This document shows, piece after piece, positions 58,561 through 64,000 of a stretch of DNA of 64,000 nt. Below the pieces are notes generated by a model, which searched no databases, was not told where the DNA came from, and saw nothing but the letters and a program-made list of their open reading frames with translations. Position numbers and translations under genes: made by a program. Positions within the stretch are counted from its first letter, which is position 1. Every line of letters starts with the position of its first letter. The stretch spans positions 960,001 to 1,024,000 of the forward strand of contig OY729431.1 of the NCBI GenBank assembly GCA_963422395.1, in the 5' to 3' direction. The stretch comes from Vicinamibacteria bacterium (GTDB lineage Bacteria > Acidobacteriota > Vicinamibacteria > Marinacidobacterales > Marinacidobacteraceae).

Positions 58561-61500
58561 TCACGGCGGGGTGACATCCAGCACGATCACCGCGGCGCGC
58601 TGCCGCTCCTCCGGGGTCAGCTGCGCAACGAGCCGCTCCCGCAGCTCCTCGGGAGTCCGGGGCCGCGACCCCTCTTCGGCCGGGGCGGTGCGCTCCGGCC
58701 CGAACCACAGGACCAGGAAGATCCCGAGGCCTGCTGCCGCCGGATCGTTCGCATAGTGCGGGAGCAGCTGCTTCTGCACCGCCTGCCAGAGTTCCCGGTG
58801 GCAGTTCTTCTTGATCTCCACCGGGACGGCGAAGCCGCCGCACGCGATGCGGAGGTCGGCGCGCCGGCCCCCGGCGTGCTGCTGTTCCGGTAGCGCTTCG
58901 CATCCCCGGGGCAGCTTCGAGCGCAATAGCGGGAGCAGGGCGTCCCGGCAGGAGTTTTCCGGTTTGGGTTCCGTCGGCCTGGCGTGACGATCCTCGTTCC
59001 AGAACTGCCGCCAGAGGTTGGCATTCGTGGTTCGGGTCTCCTCGGCGATCTGTTCCAGCCGGTCTACCACCAGCGCGCGCAGATCGGCCGCGCTCGCGGG
59101 CGGCCCGTCAGCGAGTGTCGCGATCACTTCTTCCGGGGCGGGAGGCCGGTAGTCGGCGTCCCGGCGAATCACCCGCTGGGTGTCCAAGGCGTGCTCGAGG
59201 CGGCTCCGCCATGCCGAGAGCTCCGGATCCGAAGCGAGACCGCAGAGGATTCTCGTCGTCTGTGCCTCCGGAGACCTGGAGAGATTCCCGATGAGGCTTT
59301 CGATGAGGTCGGGGGATACGCCGTCGAAGGCCCTGGTCCTGCCCGGCGGGAGCGGGTCGGTGGACCTTCCGAGCGTCCGGATGGTGAGCTCCAGCACCGG
59401 GGGCGTCAGGCGCTCGATCAGGCCGGGCGGCGGGGATGACCCCAGCGACCTGAAGAAGCCGGCGAAATTTCGGACCCGGGCTTCCGAACCTCGCAGTTCG
59501 GCGGACAGCACGGCAAGGAACCGGTCCGGATCGAGCACCAGCCCGGCCGTCAGCCAGCGCAGCCGGGCGCCCCGGGTCGTGCTCTTCTGTGCGGCTTTCC
59601 TCTCGATCAGCTCTCGGAACGCCGCTTCGCCGGACCCGGAGTCGAGATAGCGCAGGCCGCTCAGCAGGAGAGCATCGAGGAGGCCGAGCTGTCCTTCCCT
59701 CGCCCGCGCCGGAAACGCCCGCAGCAGCGGCAGCACGGCGCGCCGCGCCACCGGTTCGTGGCGTTCCTCGTGGGCCAGCCGGTGGAAGTCGGGGATATAG
59801 ATCTCTCCGGCTTGCAGCAGGATCCGGCCGGCGATCACAAGCACCTCCGCCGCCAGCTCCGGCTGTTCCTGGACGCACTGCCAGTACCAGTCGGCCTCCT
59901 GGGAGAAGGCGTACTGGTCGTGGAAGCAGAGGCGGCAGGCGAGCACCGTCCGCAAGCGGGCTTTCGTCAGCCGCCGGAAGCGGTCCGGTTCCATTTCCGC
60001 GGCCGCCGCCAGCACCGGCAGCACCAGGAGATGCATCCGGTCGCGCCGCCTCGCCGCCAGGATCTCCTTCGCCGAGGGCAGGTCGGGCCGGTCGGAGGTG
60101 TCGAGCACGGCGCCGAGAGCGGTCGTCGTCAGCGCCTCGTCGCCGCCGAGGGCCTCGGTCAGCCGGTTCCGCCGATCCAGTCGGCTGTGCGCCCCCGGCT
60201 CGTAGCTCCCTGCGTAGTACTCCTCGGCGATCTCGAAGAGCAGTTCCGGACGCCCCCGATTCGCCCGGAGTTCGTCCGCCGAGCGGCGCACCGCCTCCAG
60301 CAACGGGGCGTGCGGCGGTGCGGTTTCGCTTCGCAGCTGCTTCCAGCGTTTCGCCTCGTCGAGGTGACACCGGCCGATGTCCTCGGGAAGGCTCGATCGG
60401 TAGAGGAGCGCGTCCAGAGCAGGGCTCTCTTTCGCCCGCAAGGCCGTCCGGATCACCGCTTTCTGGACATCGGGGTTCGCTTCGAGCCAGGCGGCGACCG
60501 GACGGAACGTTTCTCGGGGCTGGTCTCGGGGCTGGTCGAGTGCGGCCGCCGCTCCTGCCTGGAGCCAGTGGAAGAGGCGCAGAGGTTCCACCTCGGTGCC
60601 GTACCGCTCTAGGCCGCGCGCGAGCAGCCGTGAGAACGAGCTGCGCAGGGAACGGTCGAACCAGGTGCGTTCCAGCCAGGTGCTTGCGAGCGGCCCGGCG
60701 CCTGAAAGGCGGTCGAGATGGATCGGCAGGTGGTCCTTGGGGCAGCTCTCATAGAGTCTCTGCCAGAAACCGTAGGGGCGCTCCATGACCGGACGGGACC
60801 GATGGGGGAGGTAATCCCAGACTTCCGCGGGTTCCAGGCCGCCGGGATAGAGCTCGTCGAGCAGTCTGCCGGGCAGTTCTCCGTCGGGGGCGTGGATTCG
60901 TCCCTGGTGGATCTCGTCGAGGAGGCTGCGGAGGCGGCCGACTCGGTCGGGCTCGTTCTGCAGGCTCGCAATCCAGGTGTCGAGAGCGGACCGTCGCACC
61001 CGCGACTCGCGGGAGTCGTCGCGAACGATCTCCAGCAGCTCGTCCGCCAGCCGGAGTGCCAATCGGGATGCCAGTCGGGCGCTGGAGAGCGCCATCATGG
61101 CGACTTCCACCACCCTGCGGTCGGGATCACGCAGCGCCTGCTTCAGCGTGGGCTCCAGGTCCGGGGTGGCGAGAGCGCCGAGAGCGGAGACCGCCCCGCC
61201 GGTGTCTCCGAGACGGTTGGACTCCCGTCCGACGGCGTGGAACAGGAGCCTCTTCTCTTCGAGGGTGGATTCGGTGACATCGCCGTAGAGCAGCACCGCG
61301 GCCGGATCGCGCTCGATCAGCGGTCGGCGGAGTGCCGGCGAGGCCGCCGCGAGCCAGGCGGCGAGCCCGCGCAGCGGTGTCGGCGGGACATCGTCCGTTC
61401 CGGCGAGAAGCGCCAGGACCCGCCCCCGCGGGAGGCTTTCGGCGACGAGCCGGGAGAGCCACCGCGCGGCGAGGAAGGCGGCGAGGTGCGCGTGCTGGGG

Positions 61501-62430
61501 TCGGAAAAATCCCTTTCCGGCGGAGGTCCTGTCGGCGGAGAAAAGCCGGGTCCCGAGCACTGCGCGGAGCGCATCCCGGCACTCGTCTCCGTGAGCCGTG
61601 ATCGGGATCCAGTCGTTTTGCGGCGCATCATCCCGGGAGAGTGCGTGCCCGGCGGCGCCGGAGAGCAGCTGGACGGCCGAGAGCCGCCCGGCGGCGTCCA
61701 GCAAAGCCTCCAAAGCCTCCATCAGCGGCTGATTCCGGTTTCCGATTCGGTGTTCTTCGTTCTCTTCCCGGGCGAGGAGCTTCGAAGCCTGCTCGAAGGT
61801 CTCCCGCCGGCTCGCCGGCCACTCGCCGGTCGTGCCGAAGACTTTCGCCAGCAGCGTCAGGTTCTGTGGATTGCGAAGCAGTCCGTCGAGTCCCCGGCCC
61901 CGAGCTTCCCGGAGGAATTCCTCCGGATCGCCGATATCCGGGCGCTCGGAAACGAGCCGGCGGGCTTCCTCGCCGGTCAGCGGCTCCAGGCGGAGGACCA
62001 CGACTTCCCGGTTCGGCGAAACCTTCTCCAGGTGCTTTCGGTCGTTGCTTCCGAGCCAGTCGGCCTCCCGGCAGGAGAGGCGGAAGGGCGGTCGTTTCAG
62101 CTCGTCGAGGCGGGAGTGGATCCTGTCGAAGGGTCGACGCCCGTCCGGCTCGCCGGCGCGCACCTCGTCGAGTCCGTCGATCAGCAGCGTCCGGCCTCGC
62201 CATTCGGGGTTCGGCTCGCCGGCCAGGAAGTCCCGAGCCGAGAGGAAGAGTGCGTTTCCCTGCGCGGCTTCGGCTCGGGCTTCGGTCTCGAACGCGGTCG
62301 TCTTCCCGGCGCCGGGATCGCCGAGCAGCACATAGGCGGGAGTGTCCCGGTACGCCGCGAGCGGTTTCGACTCGTACAGTTGGCCGTTCGGCCCGATCCG
62401 CTGGACGGAGCGGTCGAGGATCTGTCCCAT
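58561..62430 (-). CDS. STAND/NACHT-like NTPase with long helical region and C-terminal PD-(D/E)xK nuclease
   Basis: VLLGDPGAGKT, LLIDGLDE, LSCR, NPQNL, C-terminal PENSCRDAL...EQQH..RRADL...PVEIKK...YANDP...LVLWFG. Confidence 0.8.
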   Translation of the reverse strand: MGQILDRSVQRIGPNGQLYESKPLAAYRDTPAYVLLGDPGAGKTTAFETEARAEAAQGNALFLSARDFLAGEPNPEWRGRTLLIDGLDEVRAGEPDGRRPFDRIHSRLDELKRPPFRLSCREADWLGSNDRKHLEKVSPNREVVVLRLEPLTGEEARRLVSERPDIGDPEEFLREARGRGLDGLLRNPQNLTLLAKVFGTTGEWPASRRETFEQASKLLAREENEEHRIGNRNQPLMEALEALLDAAGRLSAVQLLSGAAGHALSRDDAPQNDWIPITAHGDECRDALRAVLGTRLFSADRTSAGKGFFRPQHAHLAAFLAARWLSRLVAESLPRGRVLALLAGTDDVPPTPLRGLAAWLAAASPALRRPLIERDPAAVLLYGDVTESTLEEKRLLFHAVGRESNRLGDTGGAVSALGALATPDLEPTLKQALRDPDRRVVEVAMMALSSARLASRLALRLADELLEIVRDDSRESRVRRSALDTWIASLQNEPDRVGRLRSLLDEIHQGRIHAPDGELPGRLLDELYPGGLEPAEVWDYLPHRSRPVMERPYGFWQRLYESCPKDHLPIHLDRLSGAGPLASTWLERTWFDRSLRSSFSRLLARGLERYGTEVEPLRLFHWLQAGAAAALDQPRDQPRETFRPVAAWLEANPDVQKAVIRTALRAKESPALDALLYRSSLPEDIGRCHLDEAKRWKQLRSETAPPHAPLLEAVRRSADELRANRGRPELLFEIAEEYYAGSYEPGAHSRLDRRNRLTEALGGDEALTTTALGAVLDTSDRPDLPSAKEILAARRRDRMHLLVLPVLAAAAEMEPDRFRRLTKARLRTVLACRLCFHDQYAFSQEADWYWQCVQEQPELAAEVLVIAGRILLQAGEIYIPDFHRLAHEERHEPVARRAVLPLLRAFPARAREGQLGLLDALLLSGLRYLDSGSGEAAFRELIERKAAQKSTTRGARLRWLTAGLVLDPDRFLAVLSAELRGSEARVRNFAGFFRSLGSSPPPGLIERLTPPVLELTIRTLGRSTDPLPPGRTRAFDGVSPDLIESLIGNLSRSPEAQTTRILCGLASDPELSAWRSRLEHALDTQRVIRRDADYRPPAPEEVIATLADGPPASAADLRALVVDRLEQIAEETRTTNANLWRQFWNEDRHARPTEPKPENSCRDALLPLLRSKLPRGCEALPEQQHAGGRRADLRIACGGFAVPVEIKKNCHRELWQAVQKQLLPHYANDPAAAGLGIFLVLWFGPERTAPAEEGSRPRTPEELRERLVAQLTPEERQRAAVIVLDVTPP

Positions 62431-62439
62431 TTCTCAATC

Positions 62440-62481
62440 CCAGAATCGGTCAGCCAGAATCGGTCAGCCAGAATTCGGCGG
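62440..62481. repeat. 14-bp tandem duplication across a stop codon
   Basis: ccagaatcggtcag x2 then ccagaattcggcgg. Confidence 0.75.
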
Positions 62482-63727
62482 GTTCGGACAGAAACTCGAC
62501 GAGCGGAACTCCGCCCTCTCCGACGACCATCGTCCGGGCGTGCGGGAACTGCTTCTGGAAGGCGGCGAGGCCGGGGTGCGGGCCGCGAAACGGGCCGGCC
62601 TTCACCTCGACGGCGAGCAGATGGGGCCCGCGCTCCAGCACGAAGTCCACTTCGAGATCGTCGCGCCGGCCGCGCCGCCAGTAGTGGAGGCGAGCTCCGG
62701 GGCGGCGCGTCCGGAAGAGGTGTGCGCCCGCCGCCGACTCGACGACCCGGCCCCACCAGGAGCGGTCGGCGAGCGCCTCCGAGTAGCCGTACCCGGAGGG
62801 AGCGGTCATCAGCGCGGTGTTCAGGACGAGCAGCTTCGGGCTCGACCGCCGCCGGAGCGGCGCCGCCGTGTAGCCGGTGAGCCCGGCGACCAGCCCGGCG
62901 GCTTCGAGGAGGTCGAGGTAGCGGGCGAGGGTCGTGGTGTTCCCGGCGTCCTGGAGGCGCCCGAGCAGCTTGGTGAAGGAGACGATCTGCCCGGAGTAGA
63001 GCGCACTCATCTCGAAGAGCCGCTTCATCAACGCCGGCTTGTCCACGCGGGTCAGGGCCACGATGTCCCGCTCGATGGAGGGGCGGATGCAGCCGTCGAG
63101 CACTGCCCCGCGCCATTCGTCCTGCCGCTCCTCGCGCGCCAGCTCTGCGGGTCCGGGGTATCCGCCGAAGAAGAGGTAGCGGCGCAGATCGAAGTCGAAG
63201 GCTTCCGCCATCTCTCGCAGCGACCAGTGGTGGAGCGGCAGCGGCGCGAACCGGCCGGCGAGGCTCTCGGTGAGGCCGGATTGGAGGAGCAGCGGGGCCG
63301 AGCCCAGGATCACCAGCCGCGGGCGGCGGGTCCGGGCGCGGTCGGCGTCCCAGAGACCCTTGACGGTGTTCGACCAGTCGGGGATCTTCTGGATCTCGTC
63401 GAAGACCAGCACGCATCCGCCGCCGGCTCGCCCCGCCCGGGCGCGGGCGTCTTTCCAGTGCCCGACGATCCAGTCCGCGCCCGGCGCCCTGGCGGATCCG
63501 GGCCGTCGGACGCTCTCCCCTTCGTCCGTCGACGGGTCCGCCTCGGGTTCGTCGGTTGCGCGGTAGAGCGTCTCCATGGAGGACTCGCTGCGGACCCGGG
63601 CGAGGGCCTGGTCCACGATCGTCGTCTTCCCGCTCTGCCGGGGGCCGAACAGCGCGATGATCCGCCGCGGGGCCTCGCCGAGGCGCTCGATGAGCGTGCC
63701 CACCTGGGCTCGTTCGTATGCCGACAT
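62450..63727 (-). CDS. AAA+ ATPase (AAA_14) with DUF4143 domain
   Basis: GPRQSGKTT, FDEIQK, ILGS, ESLAGRF, GGYPG, SPKL, WGRVVES, YWR..EVDFV..EVK. Confidence 0.9.
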   Translation of the reverse strand: MSAYERAQVGTLIERLGEAPRRIIALFGPRQSGKTTIVDQALARVRSESSMETLYRATDEPEADPSTDEGESVRRPGSARAPGADWIVGHWKDARARAGRAGGGCVLVFDEIQKIPDWSNTVKGLWDADRARTRRPRLVILGSAPLLLQSGLTESLAGRFAPLPLHHWSLREMAEAFDFDLRRYLFFGGYPGPAELAREERQDEWRGAVLDGCIRPSIERDIVALTRVDKPALMKRLFEMSALYSGQIVSFTKLLGRLQDAGNTTTLARYLDLLEAAGLVAGLTGYTAAPLRRRSSPKLLVLNTALMTAPSGYGYSEALADRSWWGRVVESAAGAHLFRTRRPGARLHYWRRGRRDDLEVDFVLERGPHLLAVEVKAGPFRGPHPGLAAFQKQFPHARTMVVGEGGVPLVEFLSEPAEFWLTDSG

Positions 63728-63740
63728 CCTGAATCGCTCT

Positions 63741-63820
63741 ATCGAGTGAATCCACTCGATATCGTAATCAAGTGTATATTACTATATTGAGTAAAATTGA
63801 TCGATCGAGTAATCGATCGT
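63741..63820 (-). promoter_or_regulatory. AT-rich palindromic repeat array upstream of DUF4143-STAND operon
   Basis: Perfect ATCGAGTG-n4-CACTCGAT at 63741-63760; degenerate half-sites atcaagtg (63767), attgagta (63786), atcgagta (63804). Confidence 0.65.
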
Positions 63821-64000
63821 CTTTGCGACCGAGCGGCGGCGATCCGAGGGAGCGCACTCCCTGTGCCTTCCTGCGGGACGGCGCTTCGGGATCACCGCCC
63901 GGGGCCGGCAGTCCTCCCGAGGCGGGAGGCTGCCTCCCCGAGGCTGGGCACGCCCTCGGTCCCGGGCGATTCGACGCTGATCGCCGCTGCTGCCGCGGCG

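Noticed and set aside
1-64000. tRNA, rRNA, integrase, reverse transcriptase, prophage genes
   Set aside because: None recognised by eye; tRNAscan and Rfam were not run

Overview
High-GC bacterial window. GWxTD and TPR proteins, a carboxypeptidase-regulatory-type TonB-dependent receptor, a VPS10/BNR protein and many exported peptidases and amidohydrolases suggest Acidobacteriota (inference). Housekeeping content: nadE, lpdA-lipB-E1beta, E2-lipA, boxC-boxB-thiolase, methylmalonyl-CoA mutase, and the repair genes ATL, nfi and UDG. There are two defence-like blocks. The first (43.8-47.7 kb) has an ABC-ATPase/TOPRIM (OLD-like) gene facing an uncharacterised three-gene cassette that ends in a small protein with an ADP-ribosyltransferase-like residue pattern. 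The second (52.4-63.8 kb) has a type III-like res gene, a mod gene broken at a G16 tract (candidate phase-variable switch, OFF as assembled), a STAND NTPase with a C-terminal PD-(D/E)xK nuclease, and an AAA+/DUF4143 gene. A family of 170-281 bp CTAG-targeting MITEs shares its terminus with an IS1182-like remnant. One copy sits in frame inside a signal peptide and creates a lipobox (LAAC). Both DUF4143 genes have AT-rich, operator-like repeat arrays upstream. All family assignments come from motif recognition by eye; no searches were run.
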